From an uncultured delta proteobacterium (GTDB taxonomy: Bacteria > Desulfobacterota > RBG-13-43-22): 64,000 nt of DNA. The position numbers and the translations under genes were made by a program. Each line of letters begins with the position of its first letter. Position 1 is the stretch's first letter. Below the pieces are notes generated by a model. The model was not told the origin of the DNA, ran no database searches, and saw nothing but the letters and a program-made list of their open reading frames with translations. Where the stretch lies: assembly GCA_963802945.1 (NCBI GenBank), contig CAWDKY010000016.1:64001-128000 (forward strand). The letters are read 5' to 3'. Positions 22,263-32,613 of this stretch are shown piece by piece.

Positions 22263-23412
22263 GTGAGAGTAGATCCATTCCAGAATCCTCTTGGCCGCCA
22301 CCTGAGCTCCATCGGTCCTGAGCCTGGATTGACGCGCAGGCTGCCGGATAAGTCCTTCCAAATAAGATCTCCAATGGCCGGAATATAATTTTTCTTTCGG
22401 CATATAACAACAAGGCAAATACTTTTTAATGCCTTTGACCAGGATCGGATATTCCGGGAATTCTCCTCGATCGGAGTAAATCATCGGGGTACCATGAGAC
22501 AGACAATCGGCCAATATTCCATATCCGGGTTTGGTGATCACAAAATCAGCGGCACAAACCAGGTCGGTAAAAGAAATCCCTTGTTGCTCGACCCTTTTGA
22601 AAACCGGTGATTTCCAGTCTAACGGATATTTAATTAAAAACAGATAGTCCGGAGATAGCCGCCCGATCTTTTGAATTGCCCGTTCCTGTAAATCCAAACC
22701 GCTAAAACCGATCAATCCGATTTTACGGTTCGGGGGAAGATCAAGAGTCTTGCGGACCTGGGCTTTTCCCTTCTTGGATCTCCTGGCCACCAAGGGAATG
22801 TCCTCAATTTTTTTAAAGGCCTCCATTTCTCCGTAGAAAGGAAGACGCAATAATAGTGCCCCTTCCCGGTAATAACTTCGGATGATCTCAGCCAGGAGAA
22901 ACCACTCCGGATCCCTTTTGACCATAAAAAGAATAGATCCAGTCCCAGGAGAAATTACTTATACCGACCGACGGCAAGCCCATTCTCCCGGCAGCGGCTA
23001 TGGGGATAAAGGGGATATCGCAAACTATCCCGGAAATACCCCGGGCTAAAAAAAATTCTTGCTCCTTGCTTATCAGTTCCTCAGCCGAAGCCAGCAATTT
23101 TTTTACACTCTCTTTTGTTTTTTGGAGATTAAAGCGGACATTATCTATTTGATCCAGGCCCACATCAAGGCTTTCTGGCAGTATCTCGACCGGGCGAGAC
23201 AACCCCTCCTTAAATAAAAAAGCCGGGGTAATTGTTTTGATGATGAGCTTACAACCCAGACGAAGTAATTCATTGATAATTTGAATAGAGCGGACAGCAT
23301 GGCCATAACCATGCCCAGAGAGGTAATAGACTATTTTTTGAGAAGACACGAAGAATCTTGCAAAATAAAATGCGAATATTTCATTTTTTTCAAAATTGTA
23401 TAATCCATCCAA
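22215..23412 (-). CDS. GT-B fold protein resembling the L-arabinokinase N-terminal domain (frameshift near 22920)
   Basis: YYLSGHGYGHAVRS, SNFSWDWIY, VITKPGYG, FPEYP. Confidence 0.7.
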
Positions 23413-23518
23413 TTATGATATATAAACAAAAACTACGAAGTGTCTCAAAATTATTTCGAACAAGAAAAAATTTATTCATTAAGGATTTGCTGGGAATCAA
23501 CGATTGACCCCGATAAGA

Positions 23519-23914
23519 TCACTGAGAAATAATTTTGATCAATACCTTCCTGGTTCTTGGACCGTCGAATTCACAAAAGAACAGGGATTGCCAATGCCCC
23601 AGGATCAGACGCCCGTTTTCAATCATTACTGAAACCGAAGAACCGATTAGGCTGGACTTGATGTGTGCCGGCGAATTCCCCTCACCATGACGATAAGGTC
23701 CTTTGAACGGAACCAGTTGGTTAAGCATTCTCAGGATGTCTTCCTGAACATCGGGGTCAGCTCCTTCGTTAATCGTAATTCCGGCTGTTGTATGAGGGAT
23801 AAAAACCAAGGCCAGCCCATCCGAGACTTGGGTCTTTAAGATCACTTCTTCAATTTTCCCGGTTATGTCCAGGAACTCCGTTTGTTGTGAGGTGGATATC
23901 GATAAGGTAATCAT
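23519..23914 (-). CDS. YjbQ/UPF0047 family protein
   Basis: PHTTAGITINE.ADPDV, NSPAHIKSSL, WQSLFFCEFDGPR. Confidence 0.9.
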   Translation of the reverse strand: MITLSISTSQQTEFLDITGKIEEVILKTQVSDGLALVFIPHTTAGITINEGADPDVQEDILRMLNQLVPFKGPYRHGEGNSPAHIKSSLIGSSVSVMIENGRLILGHWQSLFFCEFDGPRTRKVLIKIISQ

Positions 23915-23978
23915 CAGACCTCCAATCCCTGAATTCCGAAATTCTTTGTTAAATGCCTTCGGTTTTTTTTCGAAGGCA

Positions 23979-25214
23979 TTACTTTCCTTTGACCCAGGAA
24001 GGAATGATGATCCCCCCTTCGGTCTTTTGTTCTTTTTGTTCGGGCGCAAGATCATCGTTGGTATTTTCCGTTAATAGGGCCGTTTCTATCAACCAAAGCA
24101 AGAAAGGGTTTTCTTTACCTGGCGAGGGTCCTTTTTCCTGATCCAGGGTGCTTGCCCAATGGAAAAGATGTTCGGCTTCTTCCTTTTGTCCCTTGAGATA
24201 ATACAAATAGGCGGCTTCTTCCAGATAACGAAAGAGACCTGTCCGTGTCTCCGGCGGGAACAATTCCTGAACCGCCCGGTCAACCACAGCCTTAAGTCGC
24301 TCTCTTTTTTGAATCTCATTTAGGATCAAAAGGCTTGTCCGGATCTCTTCAACGGCCATGAGGTAGGTTTCCAGAATTTTGGGCTCGGGAAGTAAATAGA
24401 CAATCTCCGGTATCCTAGTCAACAAACGAACGTCCAGAGAAAGAGGTTGAATCGGTTTTTCTGTTGCCAAAAGAGACCGGATAATAGGGGATTGTCCGAC
24501 CTTCTTTTTCCCCTCCAGAAAGCTGGTGATTCCCGAATAGACCCCTTCTTCCTCGTTGGATAATTTGGAACGTCGATCATGGGCTTCCTTCAAGACAAAA
24601 ACCGCATGTCCGAAATCAGCTTCTAAAAAGGCGTGACCGGATTGAGTTTCCAGGTCCGCCAAAATGTTCTTAACCCCTCTTTTACTGACCTCTAAAGCTG
24701 TAAGGCTTTCCAGCCCTTCGCTGCTGATCAAGGAAAAAAGAAAAAGTTGTCCTTTCGCCGGCCTGGGGATTAATAAAGCTATCATTTGATTTTTTAACCC
24801 ATCAAATTCCGAAAGATAGCCCACGGCCTGAAATGGTTCAATCTTTTTCAAGATTCCCCCCTCTTTTTCCGAATGCTGATCAGGGGAAGGGGGAGACTCA
24901 ATCCCTTTTTGTTTCAGCAAGTAGAGGGTCCTTTTGATCCCTTTCTGAATCGACTTTGACCGGATCCTTCGGTTGAGATCAAGTAGGAACCAAGGGGAAA
25001 AAGGTCGCTTATGGGAAGTTATTTTTTGCAGAAAAATATCGGCCAGGGCAGGATTATCATCTAGTTCCCAGGCCAGAGTATTTATGATTTCCTGGGTTTC
25101 AGGTTTTGATTTCTCGGTTTCCCGGAGCTGTTTGAATACCGTTTCTGCTCTTTCTATAAGCTGCGGGTTGAAAGTATCTTTTTTAGGCAACTGAGGTTTT
25201 AAATTCCCGGGCAT
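23979..25214 (-). CDS. Hypothetical protein, 411 aa
   Basis: Long ORF with AAGGA RBS; C-terminal GGIIIP; no recognised domain. Confidence 0.75.
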   Translation of the reverse strand: MPGNLKPQLPKKDTFNPQLIERAETVFKQLRETEKSKPETQEIINTLAWELDDNPALADIFLQKITSHKRPFSPWFLLDLNRRIRSKSIQKGIKRTLYLLKQKGIESPPSPDQHSEKEGGILKKIEPFQAVGYLSEFDGLKNQMIALLIPRPAKGQLFLFSLISSEGLESLTALEVSKRGVKNILADLETQSGHAFLEADFGHAVFVLKEAHDRRSKLSNEEEGVYSGITSFLEGKKKVGQSPIIRSLLATEKPIQPLSLDVRLLTRIPEIVYLLPEPKILETYLMAVEEIRTSLLILNEIQKRERLKAVVDRAVQELFPPETRTGLFRYLEEAAYLYYLKGQKEEAEHLFHWASTLDQEKGPSPGKENPFLLWLIETALLTENTNDDLAPEQKEQKTEGGIIIPSWVKGK

Positions 25215-25461
25215 AAATCCTATTCCTTAAAAAAATCAGAAGTTGCAACAGAGTTAAGAGATAAAATAAAATTTAACTTTTATTTTGTCATGCTTACTCT
25301 TTACTTGTCCATCAAAAAATAGTTTTATTGAAGGGGCTGGTTCTTCTTTTTTCATCGGAGTTGCCTTAGGCTACTCGGACAAGAAAACGCCTGCCAATCG
25401 GCATCGAATTAGGTGGGGGCCATTGGAAAATTGGGTTACTTGGATTTAGTCTTTGTAGCTT

Positions 25462-25495
25462 AAAAACAAAAGCCAACCTTTTCAGGTTGGCTTTT
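25462..25495 (-). terminator. Intrinsic terminator
   Basis: AAAAGCCAACC-6 nt-GGTTGGCTTTT with T-tracts. Confidence 0.8.
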
Positions 25496-25533
25496 ATACT
25501 AAGGAAAGGAGATAAAGAGATTTATTTTCTTGC
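25462..25533 (-). ncRNA. Candidate sigma54-dependent small RNA (~72 nt)
   Basis: Lies between a -24/-12 promoter and an intrinsic terminator; no ORF; contains UCUCUUUAUCUCCUUUCCUU. Confidence 0.55.
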
Positions 25534-25543
25534 TAATTTAATA

Positions 25544-25559
25544 TGCAAATCCAATGCCA
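25544..25559 (-). promoter_or_regulatory. sigma54 promoter
   Basis: TGGCATTGGATTTGCA on the minus strand has the GG/GC spacing of TGGCAC-N5-TTGCW. Confidence 0.75.
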
Positions 25560-25754
25560 AAGAAAAAGAAGGCCAAGTGTTTTTTATAATATAATGATTT
25601 AATTTAGTAAATTGAATATCCCCTGTTTCTCCAATAGCCTTCCCCCGCCTCCTTTAGTAAAAATATTTTTACCAAAAAGTGGCTGTCGTGGATTGTCTAT
25701 AAGTAACATATTGGATTTATTAATAAATACCAGTAGAATATTTTTTACCACCTT

Positions 25755-26969
25755 TTAATCCTTTAATAACATCTGGTTGACCAAATTATATACATCGGCC
25801 ACTAGGATGCTTTGAAGACATTTGTTGTCCCGGCAGGGGGAGTTTCGATGATTATAGGCTGTCAGGCAGGGTGAGCAGGGAAAATCAGCATAGAGAACGT
25901 GGGTGTTTTTCCCCAAAGGCGAATATAGCCGTGGAGTCTCCGGACCGAAAAAGACAAAATTCTTAATAGCCGTCAAGGATGCAAAATGGGCTGGGCCGCT
26001 GTCATTGGTGATCAAGAGATCGGAGAAACTGAATAAATCCATCAATTCGGGAAAGGTGGTTTGGCCGGTAAACTGGATACATCGCCTATTATTCAGGCCT
26101 TGCTGCACTTTTTTTGTGGTCTCCTGATCGGCTTCGGCCCCTATGAGAATGATAACGTTTCGAGGATTGGTTAAGATACGTTTTCCCAATTCAATGTATT
26201 TTTCAACCGGCCAGGCTCGAATGGGAATTTCACCGGCACTGGGATTGAAAATAATCAGCTGGCTTCCTTGACTGATTTCCGGACAAATCGCCTGTAGTTT
26301 TTCCCGCAGACGTTTCATCCCGGATTCCGAGGCTTGATAGGAGGCGGTCTCGATGGCTTGATCCAGGATGACATCTTCCATGGCCGGCCAGTCTTTTTTG
26401 GGATCGTTTAATACCCGGGTAAAGGATAGAAACGATTTACTGATATGCTGCTGGTAATTATATTGGATCCGGTGGGTATGAAGATGGCCGCGATAGAGGC
26501 CCTCCATACGGTATTTATGGAATCCAATCCGAATCGGGGCAGCGCTTAAATAGGTCAATAGGGCCGTTATCCGGGTGAATAATTCCAGATCAAAAACGCA
26601 ATCCATCTTTTCCTTGTGAATCCTGACCATCACCTTCAGGAAATCGGCTAAAAAAGAAAAAAGGGATTTATCCCTAATGACGAAGACATTTTTCTCAGGC
26701 ATTATTTTCAGAATGTCAACGCTGGCCCGATTTTTTTCAAAAATTAAAAAAAAGAGTTCGGCAGAAGGATTTTCTTTTTTAAGAGCCTTCATGGCCGGAT
26801 AGGCCAGGATGGCGCTTCCCATCTCCGAGAGTTCTATGAAAAGATATTTTTGGGGTGATCGGGGAGGTTTTCTGGCCAGGGGCTTCAAAAAGAAACTGAC
26901 TATAGTCAATAGCCAACAGGCCGGAATACCGGCCCAATAATCAATTTTTCTTACTTGGTCAACGTTCAT
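25755..26969 (-). CDS. Glycosyltransferase family 9 (heptosyltransferase-like)
   Basis: LSEMGS, ITNDSGPAHFA, FFGPETP, CSPC. Confidence 0.88.
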   Translation of the reverse strand: MNVDQVRKIDYWAGIPACWLLTIVSFFLKPLARKPPRSPQKYLFIELSEMGSAILAYPAMKALKKENPSAELFFLIFEKNRASVDILKIMPEKNVFVIRDKSLFSFLADFLKVMVRIHKEKMDCVFDLELFTRITALLTYLSAAPIRIGFHKYRMEGLYRGHLHTHRIQYNYQQHISKSFLSFTRVLNDPKKDWPAMEDVILDQAIETASYQASESGMKRLREKLQAICPEISQGSQLIIFNPSAGEIPIRAWPVEKYIELGKRILTNPRNVIILIGAEADQETTKKVQQGLNNRRCIQFTGQTTFPELMDLFSFSDLLITNDSGPAHFASLTAIKNFVFFGPETPRLYSPLGKNTHVLYADFPCSPCLTAYNHRNSPCRDNKCLQSILVADVYNLVNQMLLKD

Positions 26970-27076
26970 AGGTTTTTTTCATTTGTAATCTAAGCCTTGA
27001 TCTCTAAATTAGAGATTCAGGATTACCCCTTTGAAAACTCAAAAAAATAAGACCCCCAAACGTAAAAATGTTAAAG

Positions 27077-28022
27077 TCAAATCTTCTGTTTCTGATATAT
27101 TTTTAAAAAGCCATAACCCAATAGAACCGCAAACCAGATCGTACAAATCCGGATGATGATCGTGGCCGTTGTAGCCAGGGCTTTGGGTACCTGAATCAGG
27201 AGGAGGAGACTGGTCATGCTTCCTTCGGCCGCTCCGATTCCGCCCGGAAGCATGCTTAAGGCCCCGGCCAGGGTGGAAAAGGCGTAAATAAAGGTGGCTT
27301 TAATCCATGAAATCTCCCATCCCAATCCTTTGAAGACGATCTGAAAAGCCAGGCATTCAGAAAACCAGGCCATCATCCCCAGGATGGTAGCCCAAAAGAG
27401 TAATCCGAAACCCATGAGATCATGAAGAGTGTGAAAGGCCTTGGTTAGCGGGGTCTCCAATCGGCGACCCCAAGAAAACCGGCGTAAAAAAAAGAGGAGA
27501 CCGTAAAACACTTTGGGGGAAACCAAAGGCAGCAAGCCCAATACCAAAACCAATAATCCCACCCATAAGATCCGGGATCCGAAGGCGAAGGAGATTCCCC
27601 CCAGCAGGGTTAAAAGATAAACCGCCAAAAGGTCCGTAAACCGTTCGGCCAGGACGATGGGGCCTGAACGGGTCAGCGGGACCTGCTGGCTTTCCTTGAG
27701 CAAATAGGATTTTAATAATTCACCCATCTTCCCAGGGGTCACGGTCATAACCAGGCCGCTCATAAAGATAAAAAAACTCTCTTTCCTGGTCAAAGAAATT
27801 CCCACTCGTTTTAAATAGTATTCCCAGCGCCCAAAGCGAATGAGATAGTTCATAAAGGCCAAGGCTAAAATCAAAGGCAGGGTCCAATAAGAAAAATCCT
27901 TAAAGGCCCCAGTGACCGCTCCCCAGTTCCCATACAGCGACAGACCTAAGAATACCGCAATCCCCAGACCTAGAAAGAGAAAAAAACGTTTCGATAGAAT
28001 GGAAAATTGGGGATCGGCCATT
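27077..28022 (-). CDS. Lysylphosphatidylglycerol synthase TM/flippase-like protein (UPF0104)
   Basis: NYLIRFGRW, TPGKMGE, ERFTD, PGGIGAAE. Confidence 0.82.
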
Positions 28023-28026
28023 TTAT

Positions 28027-28923
28027 TTAACGGTAAATGACGACCAATACCGTTATGGTCCAACCCAGGACGGCCAAAAGAAGCGGACGATCAGTCAGCA
28101 GAATTTCCTCGGGTCGGCCGCCTTCCACCTTTTGATGTACCAGATAAAGATAACGGAAAATCCCATAGAGCACAAAAGGCAGGGTAAAAATCAGATTGGG
28201 GGTATGGAACTTGGTTATGGTTTCTTCCGAGATGGTATAAAGGGCATAACTCATCACCGTGGTGGCCGTCACCACAGCCATCATTTGGTCCAAAAGGTAT
28301 GGAGAATATTCTTTTAAAATTCCTCGATGGTTGGAGGCATCTTCTTTAAGGAAGACCAGTTCGTGCCGTCTTTTGGCCATGGCCAGAAACAAAGAAAGGA
28401 GCATGGTACAGATTAACAGCCAATGAGAAAGCTGGACCCCAATCGCGAATCCGCCGGCCACGACCCTTAAAACAAACCCGGCGGCAATGGAAAAGATATC
28501 CAGAATAACCAGGTGCTTTAAATATAAGGTATAGCCAATCTGGAGAAGGAAATAGGCGCCCATGATCTGGGTCAAGGGGATCGAAATCACCCATCCTCCT
28601 AGGAAACTTACAATCAAAAATATGAAAGCAATAATGCCGGCCAGTGATCGGATTCACCCGACCCGAAGCCAGGGGACGATTTCGCTTAATCGGATGCTGC
28701 CGGTCTTCCTTAAAATCTTTTAAATCGTTGAAGATATACACCGACCCGGTCAGGAAGCAGAAAAGGCAGAAGGCTTCCAGAGTCTTGAGGAACAGCGGCC
28801 CATTAATAAATTTTGGGAAAAAAGTAAAGGGGCGAACAAGGCCCCGTTCTTGATCCACTGTTTGGGTCGTAGGGTGAGAAAAAGGTCCTTAAGAAGAGTA
28901 AACGGGTTGTTATTTTTAGCCAT
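28027..28923 (-). CDS. Decaprenyl-phosphate phosphoribosyltransferase-like (UbiA family), frameshifted
   Basis: LRPKQWIKN, YIFNDLKD..DRQHP.KRNRPLASG, KRRHE, YGIFRY. Confidence 0.85.
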
Positions 28924-29232
28924 TTATCACCTTCAACAATTTATTTTTTCCCCGATCGGCACTTTCCTGGGCGAATTCGTTAACTTATGATAGCTATAAC
29001 CAAAGGATATTGTGAGAAGTTTTTAATATATCCTTATTGAGAAAAATTGGCAATTAAAAATAACCGGGCTCCCCGACATAATAAGGGTAATTTCCGCCAT
29101 ACTTTAGTTCGCCTGAGCAGGCTCCCGCGCAGGAGATGGCGGCGATGTTTCAGTCCCTACAGGCCATTTGAAATAAAGGATATAGTACCTTCTGACAACA
29201 AATCAAAAAAGTTCCTAAGGAGAGAAAAAGGC

Positions 29233-29424
29233 ATGGCCAACACGAATGAAAAGTGGGTAGAAGAACAGGCAGCTCTGACCAAACCGAATAGAATCCATTG
29301 GGTTCAGTGTACAGAAGACGAGATCCGGCGTCTTATTGAGATCGGCATCAGGGTAGAGATGACAGGCCCTCATCGGACCTTTCGGGAATTAAATCACGAT
29401 GCATTTCCAAACTCATACCTCCAT
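29233..29424 (+). pseudogene. Truncated N-terminus of a GTP-dependent PEP carboxykinase
   Basis: WVEEQAALTKPNRIHW..EDE..RL..LNHDAFPNSYLH, behind a good RBS; similarity stops before the RS..DVAR motif. Confidence 0.65.
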
Positions 29425-29588
29425 ATTATCATAGAAGAGGTTTTCTCGTTCTATTCCCCGGATTATGACTTGATGCAATACCCCTGCCGCATCGAGTCTG
29501 GCTGTATATGGCCTATGTTTACCCTCTCTCAAAGAATGGCGATTGTTAATTGAAACCAGGATATCCCTATCCGCTATAATAGTTCTTC

Positions 29589-31553
29589 TTATTTCTGCGC
29601 TGCTTCCATGAGCTGTTCCACGGTCACAATTGACCCATATTTCGCTTTCAAGCTTTCCAAGCCTTTGCGTTGTTCTTCGTAGACTTCAAACAATTTAGGA
29701 GGAACATGGTCTTCTTTTTTGTAGGCGGCTTCCTGTAAGTCAATGCGCCCGATGATGTTGTCCACATAGAAGGCGAACTGTTTGTCGTACAGCGCTTTCG
29801 GATATTCTTTGTCAATCCCGGCAAAAAGCTTTTTCAGGTCCTCGTATTTCGGGATAAATCCGATCGGCGTTTCGATGGCTTTGACATCGCCGTTGGCATA
29901 CAGTTCCAGCCAACCCAGCCACACTTTCACGTCGCGTTTTTCGCCCAGCAGTTTATTGCCTTCGCCGCCGCGCGCGCCGTGAGTCAGGAAGTAATTGATC
30001 CCGGCCATAGTCGGCTTGACTTTAATTTTCGGGGAGTTGAAGAAGAGAAACTGCGCGTCCATGTAATCGGCCAGTGGGCCCGGAATAAACGGCTCATTCG
30101 CCCAGGGCTGACGACGTACACCCGACACACCCACTTCCGTCGCCGTCGCGGCGGACAGGATTGACGCACCAATCACCACACCGTGATCCGGATTTTTGGC
30201 GACCACAATGGGTGGCATGGTGTCGCTATCACGGCCGCTGTAGGTGATCACTTTCACCGGTACGCCTTTTGGGTCTTCAGCCATTTTCTCGTTATAATTC
30301 GGCATATTGATGCTCAACAGGGTAAAGCGGGCGTTCGCGTTGGAAGGCGGAATCGGTTTGCCGTCTTCATCCAGTTTACCTTCCCACCATTCCCCCGTGT
30401 AATTCACGCCTTTTTTGGGGATTTCTTCACCGCAGCCAACCCAATAAGGGACTTTTTGCTCGTCAATTAAGACGTTCGTCCAGATCACTTCACAGCCCGG
30501 TTCGCGGATACACTTCATCAGATAGGGGTCGCCTTCGCGGTTCACGTCTTCCACGATCCCGAAGATGCCGAATTCTGGGTTGACGGCCCGCACAATGCCC
30601 TGATCATCAATCCAGATCTGGGCTAAATCGTCGCCGATAAAGTCTTCACCCACCATCGCCGTTGTGGTTTTGCCGCAGCCCGACGGCGCCGCACCGGCAA
30701 AATAGGTACTGCGTCCGCCCGGGCCGCACAGACCGGTGATAAACATGTGTTCCGAAAGCTGCGATTCTTTCTGATAGTACGTTGCTAAATCCACAGCAAA
30801 CCGATGATTGCCTTTCTTCATCAGCAGGGTGTTTCCGGCATAGGTGCAGTGCATGGAAAACGTGGTCAGCCAACTGCGATCCATAAATACGCGCATTTTC
30901 GGAAAATTGGCCGGATCTCCCGTGCCTTCACTGTGTACGTTCGTAATCACATACCCGGCCCGCGCTACTTCCGCGTCAAAGTGCGTATATACATTGCGAT
31001 ACAGCAAATTCGCAGAGTGCATAACGTAGGTTGAGGTGGTAATCTCAAGCGCCGGCAACGAGGCTTGCGCGCCAATCGGGCCACGGTTGAAGAACCCGAC
31101 CAGCAGCATTTTGCCTTGAGCGATGCCGGTCATCTGTTCTTTCACATAGGCATGCCCTTCCTGGCGCAGAATCTTTTTGGCCAGTACGCTCACCTCTTCA
31201 TCTTCGTTGACAATGTAGAGCGTTTTATCCACCACGCGGCCCTGTTCTTTGGCATAATCAAAGTGAATGGTGTGATCTGGCATGGCCAGGGGCGCTTCTT
31301 CGCCTTTGGCAATACTCATCTGGCGAACGGCTTGTATATCGGCCGCCGAACCGGTATTCACAAACACGGCATCCGGCTGCATCAAGGCAATAGCATTCGC
31401 AATCTTTAGTAAGGCTTCTTGATTCGTAATTTTCTGAAGCTTGGCCAGGTTAACCTGGTCGCATTTTTTCGCGAAAAGCGCCTGTGCTTCTTGTACTGTT
31501 TTTATCCCGCCCAGATCGGCGAGGATATCAATCCCTTTTTTCAGCTTTACCAT
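29589..31553 (-). CDS. pckG: Phosphoenolpyruvate carboxykinase (GTP), divergent type
   Basis: YAGNTL, SEHM, AAPSGCGKTTTAM, IGDDLA, NPEFGIFGI, PSNANARFT. Confidence 0.92.
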   Translation of the reverse strand: MVKLKKGIDILADLGGIKTVQEAQALFAKKCDQVNLAKLQKITNQEALLKIANAIALMQPDAVFVNTGSAADIQAVRQMSIAKGEEAPLAMPDHTIHFDYAKEQGRVVDKTLYIVNEDEEVSVLAKKILRQEGHAYVKEQMTGIAQGKMLLVGFFNRGPIGAQASLPALEITTSTYVMHSANLLYRNVYTHFDAEVARAGYVITNVHSEGTGDPANFPKMRVFMDRSWLTTFSMHCTYAGNTLLMKKGNHRFAVDLATYYQKESQLSEHMFITGLCGPGGRSTYFAGAAPSGCGKTTTAMVGEDFIGDDLAQIWIDDQGIVRAVNPEFGIFGIVEDVNREGDPYLMKCIREPGCEVIWTNVLIDEQKVPYWVGCGEEIPKKGVNYTGEWWEGKLDEDGKPIPPSNANARFTLLSINMPNYNEKMAEDPKGVPVKVITYSGRDSDTMPPIVVAKNPDHGVVIGASILSAATATEVGVSGVRRQPWANEPFIPGPLADYMDAQFLFFNSPKIKVKPTMAGINYFLTHGARGGEGNKLLGEKRDVKVWLGWLELYANGDVKAIETPIGFIPKYEDLKKLFAGIDKEYPKALYDKQFAFYVDNIIGRIDLQEAAYKKEDHVPPKLFEVYEEQRKGLESLKAKYGSIVTVEQLMEAAQK

Positions 31554-31720
31554 CGAGTCGTCTCCTTTTCTTAAAGATTATAAGCTACTGCCGCTAATGA
31601 AGCGGTGCTGAGCGATTTTTCGAGAATACCGCCCGCAAGGGCATGCAGCCGAGTGAGCGCGCGCTCCTGCAATTGGGTTCGGCGCATTATGCATCAAGTT
31701 CTATTCCTTCTTTTGATTCT

Positions 31721-31749
31721 TTTATATCATCTGTATTGTACAGATGCAA
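31721..31749 (-). promoter_or_regulatory. sigma70 promoter of pckG with an overlapping palindrome
   Basis: TTGCAT-17 bp-TATAAA; CATCTGTA-TTG-TACAGATG at 31728-31746. Confidence 0.55.
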
Positions 31750-32289
31750 GGTGCTGTGTGTGCACGCACAGAGACGCTTCATTCGGCGTCAGCGGGAGGC
31801 GGCACGAAACGGAAAAGTCGCCGCCTCTTAATATTCCGAAAACATCCAGGATAAGTAAGGTCAAGGAGGAAAACGGAAGGTTTCCCCGACCATCGGCCAT
31901 CTATTCTTCTTTAACCAGGTTGGTGCCTTTCAAATAAATTCCTTGTCGTTGATCTCCGAGAGGATCTATTTTGGGTCCACCGGCCACTGGATGCGCAGCA
32001 CCATACCCCCGGTCTGATCCGCTGCATTAATTTCAACGTCATTTCCAATTGTCTGGGCGTCCTGAACCGCCACATCTTCTCCCGCATATCCCTGCTCACC
32101 GGCGCTTTCCGGGGTTCCCTTTTTGATCTGGACAGCACCAACTGCTATGATTGGGACGAAGAACCGGAAACCTGCCAGATACGCCCTGGCTATTTTCTTT
32201 TGGATATTCCCCCGGCCTTGACCCAGTCTTGGGAAAAACGCAGGCCCTCCAGCAAGCGGCCTTGGAAGAAAAGATTAAAAAGAAGGATT

Positions 32290-32535
32290 GGAATTGAGCC
32301 GATTTTTTTATCCAGGATTTCCCGTATGTTAATTGCAATAGCTTTAAAGGAATACGGTTTTTGAGGGGCCTCAATGCCCTGTTGAAGAATAAAATTGGCA
32401 TGAATGCCGTTAAACTGTATCCCGTTACCAAAAGTGACGATACTGACGGTTTGATTTTCTTCATTTCCTCATAAGCTTCCCGTCCACTCATCTTCGGCAT
32501 AAACACATCGAAGAGGACAAGATCAATTTTAGGGT
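32290..32535 (-). pseudogene. Response-regulator receiver domain fragment
   Basis: IDLVLFDVFMPKMSGREAYEEMKKIKP..VTGYS. Confidence 0.7.
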
Positions 32536-32613
32536 ATGCTTTTTTAAAGCAAAGGCACTTGTTTCTCGGTATTATCGGTCCATTGAGTTATTTCCATAAA
32601 TTTTCCGACCGAA

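Noticed and set aside
29090-29145. Riboswitch upstream of the truncated pckG (CCGCCAT..ATGGCGG stem)
   Set aside because: No match to an aptamer consensus I recognise.
31850-32290. Possible plus-strand gene fragment (..LDSTNCYDWDEEPETCQIRPGYF..)
   Set aside because: No start, frameshifted, and I cannot assign a family.
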